Virus record (IMG/VR): IMGVR_UViG_3300029288_000067
Span: 64,001-128,000 of that record
Direction: 5' to 3' (one strand)
Origin: a virus
Taxonomy: Duplodnaviria; Caudoviricetes
Length of the DNA stretch: 64,000 nt
The first letter of the stretch is position 1. Every line of letters starts with the position of its first letter. The position numbers and the translations under genes were made by a program. Of this stretch, positions 46,076-55,325 are shown one piece after another. The notes under the pieces were generated by a model. The model had not been told where the DNA came from and made no database searches. It was given only the letters and a program-made list of their open reading frames with translations.

Positions 46076-46583
46076 CTAAGCTATCTCCAAGGTTATTGTA
46101 TTCAAATGTTTTATAAACGGAGTCCGTTAGGCCCCACTGCATGATTTGCCCAACGACTCCCCGTTTAATTGTCCCATCGTCTGATTTTATCTCAATCAAG
46201 TCTTGTGGCACCAAATCATCCATTGTATACAGGATCTGTTTTTCGAGCATTCCAGTAGAAGCAGCATCGAAAGGAGAATTGGGGATTTTTGTGATAACAA
46301 TTCTTGCACAAAATGAGATGTTGCCTTCTACATCAATCAATTCTTTTATTGGCTCATGCTTCCCCGGGGAAACACCGCTGAAATCCCCGAAGACAGAAAG
46401 AGCCGCATCAGATAGATCTTGTGCGTCTGTTGTCGGGTTATTTTCCGAGGCAGATGGAATCAATTTCTTTCGAAAGACTGTAACAGAAATCCCCCGATGT
46501 TTCAATTGTGCCTTTATTACTTTATTGGCAAATTTTTCTCGGAAGAGTCTTTCGTACTGTTGCAGTCTACTAATTTTTTCCAT
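46068..46583 (-). CDS. putative head-closure/neck protein
   Basis: Position next to the connector-like gene; beta-rich; inferred. Confidence 0.45.
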   Translation of the reverse strand: MEKISRLQQYERLFREKFANKVIKAQLKHRGISVTVFRKKLIPSASENNPTTDAQDLSDAALSVFGDFSGVSPGKHEPIKELIDVEGNISFCARIVITKIPNSPFDAASTGMLEKQILYTMDDLVPQDLIEIKSDDGTIKRGVVGQIMQWGLTDSVYKTFEYNNLGDSLDE

Positions 46584-46585
46584 TA

Positions 46586-46846
46586 TTACAACTTAAATCC
46601 AATATAAACAGAATCAGGAGTTGCTTCCTTAATCTTTTTCCCAAGTATAATTTTTGCAGGACCTTTTATTGAAATCTTTTGTGCAATTGCAAATTCTTTG
46701 CCTTCTTTTTCAAACTCCAAGATAGATTGCAAAGATAAAATATCTCCAATTTCTCTGCAATAATATTCAGAGACTTTTGTTGCAAGATCATTCACAAACA
46801 TTTTATTCCAGGGATTTGAAATTGCTATCACATGAAGTTTACGCAT
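46586..46846 (-). CDS. hypothetical protein
   Basis: GAGG SD; operon ORF. Confidence 0.6.
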   Translation of the reverse strand: MRKLHVIAISNPWNKMFVNDLATKVSEYYCREIGDILSLQSILEFEKEGKEFAIAQKISIKGPAKIILGKKIKEATPDSVYIGFKL

Positions 46847-46848
46847 AA

Positions 46849-47352
46849 TTACCTCAATCGAATTCTGGAGTTGAAAACTTGAATAAATGGACTATTCCCG
46901 TAAAGAAAATTGAGTGTCCCAGTGTTGGGAATACCAATAATAAACTTTTGAGATGTTTTCTTCAATCGTTCTGCTTTTGCATCGAACTCTTCCAATAGAG
47001 CCCGGTACAAATCTTTGTAGTCCCCTAATTTAGAGGGGAGATTTAATTCTCCGATTGTTGCATCAAATCCATTTTGTGTCCACAGATGTACAAGCATACG
47101 GATAACATTTTTTGCGGCTCCAAGATACAGGAGAGATTTCCAACGAGTATCCGGGGTGTCGTAGATGGTAACAACCGAAAGAAATGTTTGTGGGGCAAAA
47201 GAATTGATATCATCGGCAGCATCGTAAATAGCTGCAGCAATATCATCCTTATCTGGGATATAATCCAAAATATTATCTGCAAGGGTGAAATGCCAGCGAC
47301 TCTCAACACCCTCTACTATTTTTTGGATTGCCACATTCGGAGGTGTGGACAT
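46849..47352 (-). CDS. putative head-tail connector (neck) protein
   Basis: Helical AIYDAADDIN..AP.T pattern and C-terminal helix typical of neck adaptors; inferred. Confidence 0.55.
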   Translation of the reverse strand: MSTPPNVAIQKIVEGVESRWHFTLADNILDYIPDKDDIAAAIYDAADDINSFAPQTFLSVVTIYDTPDTRWKSLLYLGAAKNVIRMLVHLWTQNGFDATIGELNLPSKLGDYKDLYRALLEEFDAKAERLKKTSQKFIIGIPNTGTLNFLYGNSPFIQVFNSRIRLR

Positions 47353-47413
47353 TGTTTTCTCCCTTACGAAAGTTTTTCAATATCTGTCTATTTCAATACA
47401 TTCGTAAAAGAAA

Positions 47414-47435
47414 CCCCGGGCATTTCTACCCGGGG
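47414..47435 (-). terminator. intrinsic terminator
   Basis: CCCCGGG...CCCGGGG followed by TTTCTTTT. Confidence 0.7.
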
Positions 47436-47445
47436 CTGGTTTATC

Positions 47446-47853
47446 TCAAATCTTTCTCTTAGGGGGTCTTCCTCTTGGATCTGTTCCAGGAAGATTGGGG
47501 GTCATATCGTATTCTGCCCGCTCTTTTGCAATTGCTTCATCCACAACTTTCATGGGGGTTTCCAAACGCATATCCTTCAAGTCTTCCATCTTTTGTTCCA
47601 TTGGGATTTTCCCGGGGTTTGTATAAATAGAGTCAACAAAAGTCATCATGAGGTGTTTTTTGCCCGAGGTAAGGGGTCTATATTGATTACCTTTAATTGT
47701 TTCCCAATAGGTCTCCCCAAACAAATCCCAGCTTCCAGTCAAATCATCATCATTGGCATCCATAGCATAAAAATCAATGTTATGCCTATTCTTAAATTCT
47801 TCCCATGTCTTGGAGAAAATAGCAGTTTTCTTTATACTAAGTTTCTTAATCAT
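47446..47853 (-). CDS. hypothetical protein with tag-like N-terminus
   Basis: MIKKLSIKKTA; AAGGA SD. Confidence 0.7.
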   Translation of the reverse strand: MIKKLSIKKTAIFSKTWEEFKNRHNIDFYAMDANDDDLTGSWDLFGETYWETIKGNQYRPLTSGKKHLMMTFVDSIYTNPGKIPMEQKMEDLKDMRLETPMKVVDEAIAKERAEYDMTPNLPGTDPRGRPPKRKI

Positions 47854-47870
47854 ACTTTTACTGTTCCTTT

Positions 47871-49307
47871 TCAGATGTTTTCGAGAGCAGCTTTGAGGTG
47901 TTCATTAAAATTATCATCCTCAACAGTTGCATTATTATACGCAGAATTTGTTAGGTGCTTAATCTCTCTCTCGGAAATCTTTTGGTCCTCGGATTGAATT
48001 AACTCTTCCCCGCTTTGCATAATTCTTTTCATCTCTCTATCATCGATGCGGATAAAGTTGTACCATTTTGTTGTTAATTCCTTTGGGAAAATATAAAAAT
48101 ACCCTGAAGGATACCACTGGGAAAAATCAAAGCCATAGTGGGATTGAAAAGCATCTCTTACATTACTCAACAAATCAACACTAATTGCATCGTTATTTGC
48201 CCATGAATATGCTTGTTCTATTACATTCTCAAAATTAAAAACATCCACGGAATCACTGAGGGCATCAAGAACGTCAATAACTTCCGAAGTATCATCAAGT
48301 GCTGCCCATTCTTCCGGAAATTGTTTTTGAAGAGCATCAAAAATTATCTTTTTATTCTGCTCAGAAATAAAAATATATCTTTTAACAATATCTTTGATAT
48401 CACTGTAAGACGGACTACTACTTAGTTCTTCGGTCCCATCCAAGAACTCATCCAGTCTATCCCCTTCAATAGATTTCTGGAATAAATAAGATGCTTTATC
48501 CAATTGAAAAGCAAAACGACCATTTTCATCCCCAAACTTTGCCAACAATTCCGAAATCTTTTGTGGAGGAAGATATTTGTTGGAAAAAAATGTGTTTATC
48601 TCCGGATATAATTTCAAAAAGGACTCAAAATCAATCGGGTCATCATCTTCATTCATAAATTGTTGTGCTTCGAAATGAAATTGAAACTGTATAACGATAC
48701 GTTCATGTTTTTTCAACAAAATCCACAATGTCCCCGATTTAGTATATTGTGCGAAATTATCGGGATATTGAGTACACCATCGAGTCCCTCTTGCATAAAA
48801 TTGGGATGCTTCCAAAGTCTTCGGGGAAACAATCTTCCACTTTTCATCCTCGTATTCAAGAGTAGCCTGTTTTGTTTGTATGTAATAATCATTGGTCAAC
48901 AAAACCATAGGATCTTCGTCCACATCTTCCACCTTCGGGGCAACAAGGGTCTTCTGTTGTTGTACAAAGTGAAATAGCTCCGAGGGGTTTTTAAATTGAT
49001 TGATGTCTGCAGATTTGTTACTATTACGAAGGCTTGGGATAATTTGGTTGAATGTGGATAAATCTTCTGTGATTTTGTACAAATCTTCCAGCTTCAATTT
49101 TCCCTGTTGATACATCCGTAAAATCCATTGACCATATCGCCCTATTTTTCTCGGTGCTTCTGTGTTCTGTTTTTGTATCTCTGGATCAGCAGAAACCAAT
49201 CGATTGAAAATATCCCGGGGAATATCCGAATAGTATTTTGTGTATGCTTCTTCAATCCCGGCAGTCACCAGAAAGGATTCCACTTTTAAAACAGAGAAAT
49301 GCTTCAT
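47871..49307 (-). CDS. PcfJ-like domain protein with tag-like N-terminus
   Basis: MKHFSVL; DINQFK, EDEKWKIVSPKTLEASQFYARGTRWCT, QFHF..QFMNEDD. Confidence 0.6.
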   Translation of the reverse strand: MKHFSVLKVESFLVTAGIEEAYTKYYSDIPRDIFNRLVSADPEIQKQNTEAPRKIGRYGQWILRMYQQGKLKLEDLYKITEDLSTFNQIIPSLRNSNKSADINQFKNPSELFHFVQQQKTLVAPKVEDVDEDPMVLLTNDYYIQTKQATLEYEDEKWKIVSPKTLEASQFYARGTRWCTQYPDNFAQYTKSGTLWILLKKHERIVIQFQFHFEAQQFMNEDDDPIDFESFLKLYPEINTFFSNKYLPPQKISELLAKFGDENGRFAFQLDKASYLFQKSIEGDRLDEFLDGTEELSSSPSYSDIKDIVKRYIFISEQNKKIIFDALQKQFPEEWAALDDTSEVIDVLDALSDSVDVFNFENVIEQAYSWANNDAISVDLLSNVRDAFQSHYGFDFSQWYPSGYFYIFPKELTTKWYNFIRIDDREMKRIMQSGEELIQSEDQKISEREIKHLTNSAYNNATVEDDNFNEHLKAALENI

Positions 49308-49990
49308 ACCCGCAAAATTTCCTTTGTAATAATAGAATCTACCGGGTGTATATCTATTTTATCGTATGCAGAGGGGAGTTCTGAAATAATAACCCCGTAT
49401 TTTTCCAAAACCTCTTCACAATTATTAAGAGACAATGAGGAAATTATATCCTTTATTTCTTCTTCGGAGACACCAACACGAGAAAGATAATCTGCAATTG
49501 CAGGGGCAATATCTTCCTCAACAGACGCCATTTTCAATTGTGTTGAAGCCAACTTGAACCGTTGCAATAGTTTCTCGAAAGATGTCTTATCGAGGTATTT
49601 GTATACTCGGATCAAATGTTTGCAAAGATACCTATTACTATCCGGATCCCGAATTACCGGGGGCCTATTTTCCACATTCCCGTCAATATGGTAACCAAAC
49701 TGAGAGGCATAAAAAGCGGAGCCATAATACAAAAATGCAGGGCAGCTACATTTCAACAACACTTCTTCTTTTACGGGGACATGCCAATTTTGATCAATAA
49801 GCTTAAAAGTGACATCCGGAAAAATTACAGAAGCAATGTGGCCTTTGGGGTTAGAATAAGACTCCAAACATCGAACAACAAAAGAAAAACGACGAAGATT
49901 TTTCCGTGATTTAATCCCAAGGATATTTCCATTTTCGGCTTTGTCCTTGGGCTTTTTTGAAGTCAGACGGTAAAGGGTTTCAAAATTCAT
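49304..49990 (-). CDS. SWIM-type Zn-finger protein
   Basis: CSCPAF...CKHL. Confidence 0.65.
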   Translation of the reverse strand: MNFETLYRLTSKKPKDKAENGNILGIKSRKNLRRFSFVVRCLESYSNPKGHIASVIFPDVTFKLIDQNWHVPVKEEVLLKCSCPAFLYYGSAFYASQFGYHIDGNVENRPPVIRDPDSNRYLCKHLIRVYKYLDKTSFEKLLQRFKLASTQLKMASVEEDIAPAIADYLSRVGVSEEEIKDIISSLSLNNCEEVLEKYGVIISELPSAYDKIDIHPVDSIITKEILRV

Positions 49991-50007
49991 TACCAATCCA
50001 TTTATTT

Positions 50008-50040
50008 GAAACCTCCCCGCTTTTAACACAGGGAGGTTTC
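50008..50040 (-). terminator. hairpin (terminator-like or SD-occluding)
   Basis: GAAACCTCCC...GGGAGGTTTC. Confidence 0.55.
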
Positions 50041-50048
50041 AAAATTAC

Positions 50049-50372
50049 TTACATTTTAGATGCTCTTCCACGCTTTGGTGCTGGTTGTTCAATCTTTGTT
50101 TCTACGAGGGGGATAACTTCCATATCCTTTTTATCTTCGCCCTCAATTGCTTTCTTCAACTCTTCCTGCGTGTTAACTTCCACTGCTTTTGGGGGCTGTG
50201 GAGTTTCATCTTTCTTTACTTCATTTTTGACATTCTTCTTTGTTTCAAGAATAAAACCTTTTTCGATCAATCCCTTTTTAAGGGTTGGGTTATCTACAAA
50301 AAGGGAATCGGGGATATCCTGCCCGGGCAAATAGGTCTTATTATTGATGCTCAAGGGATTTACAACCTTCAT
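50049..50372 (-). CDS. hypothetical protein, Lys/Glu/Pro-rich tail (possible head-associated)
   Basis: AGGAG SD; NNKTYLPGQDI. Confidence 0.6.
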   Translation of the reverse strand: MKVVNPLSINNKTYLPGQDIPDSLFVDNPTLKKGLIEKGFILETKKNVKNEVKKDETPQPPKAVEVNTQEELKKAIEGEDKKDMEVIPLVETKIEQPAPKRGRASKM

Positions 50373-50433
50373 ACGTACTGGCTCCTACATAATAAAAATA
50401 TTATTCTCTTCACAAAAAGAAAGAGAATATCAC

Positions 50434-51027
50434 TTACTTACTAATAGAGATCTCACATTCCAGGCAATTCCAATGTTCTTTGTCTTCTTCCAGGGGTTTA
50501 TAGCAATTTGGGCAAATTGGAACTTTTCCGAAATATTGCAATTTCTCTTCCCGGGCGACTCGTCTTGTGATTGAAGCAATAAACCCCCAGTTGGGGTTAT
50601 GTTCCTCTCTCCACGGGGCCGGGACCTTTACTTTTGCAACACCCCATTTCCTCAATCCATTTTCTTTTACATCAATCTCCATCAAACCACATTCAATAGG
50701 AATTTCTTCCGGCTTTATCAATCCTACAGGGGCAGCAAAATAAAATTGATTGCTGAAAATTAAGGCTTGTCTTCTTTTCAGAGGATTTTTCATCTCTTTC
50801 AAGAAATCCCCTCTGTTTACTTTTATCTCAAAGGCAATCTTTGCATAATGGTCACATGGGAATAAAGAAAAAACAAAGAAATCTATTCTTTGTTCTGTTG
50901 CTCCTTTTCCTTCCCCGGGGAGATTGTATCCCGTACCAATCCTCAATTCAGGAAAACATGCATATCGTTCCCGTCTGCTATTGATGTACTTGCACCGTAA
51001 AACCTCTGTTATCTCTTTACTGGTCAT
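50434..51027 (-). CDS. MmcB-family PD-(D/E)XK nuclease-like protein
   Basis: RID, FEIKVNRGDFLKE...K, FYFAAP.GLI..EEIP..CGL. Confidence 0.75.
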   Translation of the reverse strand: MTSKEITEVLRCKYINSRRERYACFPELRIGTGYNLPGEGKGATEQRIDFFVFSLFPCDHYAKIAFEIKVNRGDFLKEMKNPLKRRQALIFSNQFYFAAPVGLIKPEEIPIECGLMEIDVKENGLRKWGVAKVKVPAPWREEHNPNWGFIASITRRVAREEKLQYFGKVPICPNCYKPLEEDKEHWNCLECEISISK

Positions 51028-51268
51028 GTTTGCCCCTATCCAAAAGAAATTGTTTGTAGGAGTATATCTTAGCCCCTTGTTGGATTGCAAGTAAATATTT
51101 GGATTTTCGCAAATCATAATGGGGATGAATTGGATGATCTTGGAACCATGCTAATTTCATCCCTATTTTTTCTGCAAAAACATGAAGCTCACATGTAGTA
51201 TCTGCCCACATGTGAGCCCAATATCCTTCACTTTTTCCGTAAAATGTTAATTTATCAACGTACACCAT
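51017..51268 (-). CDS. DUF4031-family protein
   Basis: MVYVD, HM.AD...ELH.FA.KIG...WFQ, HYDL. Confidence 0.8.
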   Translation of the reverse strand: MVYVDKLTFYGKSEGYWAHMWADTTCELHVFAEKIGMKLAWFQDHPIHPHYDLRKSKYLLAIQQGAKIYSYKQFLLDRGKHDQ

Positions 51269-51560
51269 ATGAGGTTGTCACACAAAATGAGCAATTACCC
51301 ATGCTTAATTCTTTTCTCAGAACATCTAAAACAATCTCAGCTTCTTCTTGGGTGATTTGATATTTATTCAAAACCCCCAGAGAGATTTCTTCATCTGCAA
51401 TAAATTGCCTATTCCCACAACCTTTTATCGGGGTGTCATCCAGATCCGTTGTTACCCCGAAATCCAAATACGAAGCTGGGACCCCATTGATGAGGAATTC
51501 TTCCAAATCACACATATCTTTACAACGACGACAAGTGAGGATCATTTTTTTCTCGCTCAT
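51255..51560 (-). CDS. Cys-containing hypothetical protein
   Basis: CDL..F.ING, GCGN.QF, C.FC. Confidence 0.6.
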   Translation of the reverse strand: MSEKKMILTCRRCKDMCDLEEFLINGVPASYLDFGVTTDLDDTPIKGCGNRQFIADEEISLGVLNKYQITQEEAEIVLDVLRKELSMGNCSFCVTTSYGVR

Positions 51561-51993
51561 AAGGGAAATTCATCCTTCCTAAATTGTATAATCTTTCCTG
51601 TTTATTTCTGTTTTCATTTCTCAAGAAAGAATTGTTGAAATACCGAATAATACGGGGGAATAATTTGTATTCAATGATATCCGACAAAGAGGCAATCTTA
51701 CAGGGTCTTTCTAACCTGCCCCACAAAACCCCGGAATCATAGGGAAACTCAACCCTTTTCACCCCTCCCGGGGCAGCAGAGTGCCCAAGATAAAGAGCCG
51801 GATTCCATTCCACCTCAACAATAAACCCACGACCATTGGTTTTCCGTTTTTCTCGGGTATTTGTCTTTTCGCTGTCCATACCGGAGATTTTCAAAGCAAG
51901 CATTTTTCTGTGCAAAAACTTTATCAGCCGGAGTCTCTCAGTTTTCTTTGTAAGCGGGGGAAAACCCCGCAACGTTGCAAAATTATATTTCAT
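51520..51993 (-). CDS. hypothetical protein
   Basis: ORF fills the gap; start uncertain. Confidence 0.45.
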   Translation of the reverse strand: MKYNFATLRGFPPLTKKTERLRLIKFLHRKMLALKISGMDSEKTNTREKRKTNGRGFIVEVEWNPALYLGHSAAPGGVKRVEFPYDSGVLWGRLERPCKIASLSDIIEYKLFPRIIRYFNNSFLRNENRNKQERLYNLGRMNFPYEREKNDPHLSSL

Positions 51994-51999
51994 TTTTAC

Positions 52000-52031
52000 A
52001 AAGGGAGGGGATTTTTATGTCCCCTCCCTTT
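52000..52031 (-). terminator. intrinsic terminator
   Basis: AAAGGGAGGGGA...TCCCCTCCCTTT. Confidence 0.7.
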
Positions 52032-52039
52032 TCCCATTC

Positions 52040-54318
52040 TTAGAAGTATTCTTTTACTCGCTCCATCTTCATATACAGGGTTTTATCCCCTGCTTCATAG
52101 GCATAGTTCTTCTTGGGGTCAAGAACAAAGCCTTCGAAGTTTCCACCGGTCAACAGTTTTGCCATCTTCAGACCGGCCAATTTTCCCCGGATAGAAAACA
52201 ACTTGGATTTCGTCTGTCGGAGTTGATCCTGCAGCCAATCACGAGTTTTCACAACAGGAGCATTCAAATCGATCTTATCCTGGGGGGCATTTCGCTCAAT
52301 CCTTGATTTTGCCTCTGACATAACTTCGAAAGCAACTGTCAGATTCTTCTTTGCCTTCAAAGCAACATCAACATCATCCACTTTCGGAAGACTGGAAATA
52401 CCCTTGAAAACAAACTCAAAGGCCCGGGTCTCGTAACTGTCACACTCATCGTTCTTTGGAGTCTTATTTTCCACCCCGGCATACGAGCCTGATTTTTCAA
52501 TCCCACTGGCTTCAAGGACCGCAATCTGTGCCGCTGTTTTGCCCTCAAAAATACCAACCTTCTTCTGTGCCGCAGTGGAGTTTGATTCGAACTGCTTCCA
52601 GTAATAGTTGAGGTATTTCTGATAGGCTTCTTCCTTCACCAATTCGGAAGCAAGAGAGAACACCGTAGAAGCAGAGATATTCTCATCGTACATTGCATTG
52701 ATGACAGGGAGCTTGTTCAATTTCACCACAGCACAAACAAACTTCTTCCCATGAGCATTCTCGATATCTTTTTGTGCCGTTTTGTCCCCGAGGATTGTTT
52801 CTTCCAGAATCTTCTTTTTCTTCTGGATCTTTTCAAAAGTTTCCTGGGGCATCAATGCAACCAACTTGTTCATGTTGAGATTGCCATCTTTGATGATCGT
52901 GTGGTTTCGATACACGAAAGCATCCAGAGTTGAAGGTAGACCCACAGAGCTTGCTTCATTTTCATCCAAAGCAACCGTTCCAAAAATTGTCATTCGGAGA
53001 GAGAGATTGCAACGTTCTTTGTTGAAAACAAAGTTCTCGAAGGGGGCAAGCACCGTGTCTTTCCCAAACTTGAACCGGTTCTGTGCATCCACGGTTTTCT
53101 TCCCAATACGCTTATACTCCACAGACTCATTGTGGAATGGGACATAGTAGGATTCTTCCGCAAGGATATTCAACAGGTCATATGCACAGAAAGCATCTTT
53201 TGCCGGGAGATAATTCCCTTTTGCCTGCCCATCAACATATCGATCCCCCGTGTTGAATGCTGCCTTTTCCAGCAACAATTGATGATTTGCACATTCATCA
53301 AAAGTATAAGAAGACATATGGGAGTCAATGAGTGCTTTATCCCCAAGAGTTGCAAGAACTTCCAGAGATTCTTTCCGGCGATTGCATAGTACAGAGAATA
53401 TGCATAGGCATACAGGAAATTCCGCACCGTGGGCTCCGCAACCTCTTCTTTCAGATCTTTTGTCTCATACGGGGCATCATTGTAATGGAACCGGAAATCA
53501 CCCTTATCTGAAACAATAAAGAACTGATTCTTTTTCTTATCCAACTTGGAGAGATACAATTCCAGATTGGACATTTTTGCAAATTTCCGGTTGAGGTAAA
53601 TGCCATCAACACCCATAGGATATTCCAGATGAACCTGTTCCACCCGGGAATCTGAAATACGCTCGAAATTTCTCTGCCAGATCGAGAGATACTCCGAGAT
53701 TTGCGAAGAATGCGTGAAAATACCGAACTCCGTTGCGGCAGAAAGCTTCTTCAGGAAGTCCACATTGTAGTAGTTTCCGTAACCAATGGTATTGAATGAA
53801 AGGATGTCCTTATTGAGACTCTTCACCAATTCCAAGCTTCTCCGCTCTTCTTCAACATTACCCCAAGGAACCCCACAAGGAATGCCATCGGTAAACAAGG
53901 TAGCAGAAATATTGGGGCACATGTCCCTCAAATCATTTACAATGTCTGCAACTTCCTTGATAGGCTCCGAGAAACAAGTTGTTCCAAGAGAAATCCGAAG
54001 ATCATCCAATTTTCGAATCAATTCAGGGGATTTCACAGCACCCTTCACAAGAGTTTTGTATTGCCCGGGAGAACTGAACCAAACAACAGAAATAAGGTCT
54101 TCTTTACCCATCAACTCCACAACACTCTTCAACTGATCCACCAGATTATCCAACAAGGAGTACATTGACCCCGAACGGTCGATAATAACGATCTGATGGA
54201 TTTTCGGGACAACAACGGACTTCACTTCAGTAATGACTTCATCATCATCCTGATTTACCGTGGTCAAAACAAGGTCTCGGCCACTAAGCAACTTCACTAC
54301 ATTCCGATAAAAATTCAT
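52040..54318 (-). pseudogene. vWA-domain protein split by a 1-nt frameshift near 53383
   Basis: MIDAS DRSGS, TTCF, FTDG in the 5' part; reading continues naturally in another frame (NRRKESLEVLATLGDKALIDSHMSSY) into ORF 52040..53317. Confidence 0.7.
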
Positions 54319-54370
54319 GTTTCCTCCATGTATATTTGTGCAGGACACTCAGACATTTTACTGCTTTTTC

Positions 54371-54399
54371 AGAATACAATAATTGCCTTGAAATTTCAA
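54371..54399 (-). promoter_or_regulatory. sigma70-type promoter TTGAAA-N17-TATTCT
   Basis: 17-nt spacer, upstream of the vWA gene. Confidence 0.55.
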
Positions 54400-54404
54400 A
54401 TGAT

Positions 54405-55283
54405 TTATCGTTCCCCATATTCCTTTTGTGTCAGACACTTGAAAGAAATTTCCGTGGGAGTGACCGGGATAACCATTGTGTGCTCATCCAGTTGAACACA
54501 CTTGTTAAGGCATGTATCAAAATAGATCGGAAAATGATTATCCGCCCCATGGATCTTCAAACGCACAATTGGGCATTCCATCTTAACGATAAAAAATCCG
54601 GGTTTCAGATCTTTCAAAAGAACGGTCTGATACTGTTCGCACTTGAAAACCATACCATTTGACTCAAACTTGTTTTCCATGCCGTTTTTCTCTCCTGATA
54701 AATATTTTTCAAACTGGTTTTTCAAAGATTTTAACAAATCCTCGGACCACAAATACCGGGCATACTGATCATGCGACCCGGCTTTTTCTATAATTGCATA
54801 TTTGGAATCAATTGCAAACACTGTGGGGGAATAAGGATGTTCGGAATTTTTCAATCCCAACCTCATCAAAAGTTTTCCCACAACCTTTGCATCAGTTCCC
54901 AACTTTTTTCCCAGATCGGTTTGGGTTTTGTATGTCTGCTTTTTCTTCGGATTTTTTTGAGTTTCATTCCAGAAAGTATCCGCTCTTTTCATTACATTGG
55001 ATATCCTATCATTTCCATCAAAAAACTCAGAATGAATCTCCCAAATAATTTTTGGGATTAAATTATTTTTTGCAGCTTCCTCAATCCATTTTGCCACATC
55101 ATAACCCGTTTTACCTTTTCCCAAGTCATAATCAAAAGATATGTGGGTAACATTCTTACTTTGCAGATAATTGACACACTCTTGATAGCTTGTGACATGG
55201 ACTACGGCTCTTTCACTATTGGAAATAACCCGCAACCAATTTGGAACCGGGCGAACATCATCGAGCCAAACAAAATATTTCAT
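54405..55283 (-). CDS. cyclic-phosphate-processing receiver domain fused to HTH-like and a third module
   Basis: WLDDVR, ISFDYDLG..KTGYDVAKWI; QTDLGKKLG...VGKLL. Confidence 0.65.
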   Translation of the reverse strand: MKYFVWLDDVRPVPNWLRVISNSERAVVHVTSYQECVNYLQSKNVTHISFDYDLGKGKTGYDVAKWIEEAAKNNLIPKIIWEIHSEFFDGNDRISNVMKRADTFWNETQKNPKKKQTYKTQTDLGKKLGTDAKVVGKLLMRLGLKNSEHPYSPTVFAIDSKYAIIEKAGSHDQYARYLWSEDLLKSLKNQFEKYLSGEKNGMENKFESNGMVFKCEQYQTVLLKDLKPGFFIVKMECPIVRLKIHGADNHFPIYFDTCLNKCVQLDEHTMVIPVTPTEISFKCLTQKEYGER

Positions 55284-55325
55284 ATATGTTTCCTTCACAT
55301 CCTATTACAGGAGTATGCAGACATT

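Noticed and set aside
46068-46583. MEKISRL as another copy of the N-terminal tag
   Set aside because: Weak match with an acidic residue and no following Ala; the protein looks like a neck component.
53370-53400. Programmed ribosomal frameshift in the vWA gene
   Set aside because: No X XXY YYZ slippery site or obvious stimulatory structure.
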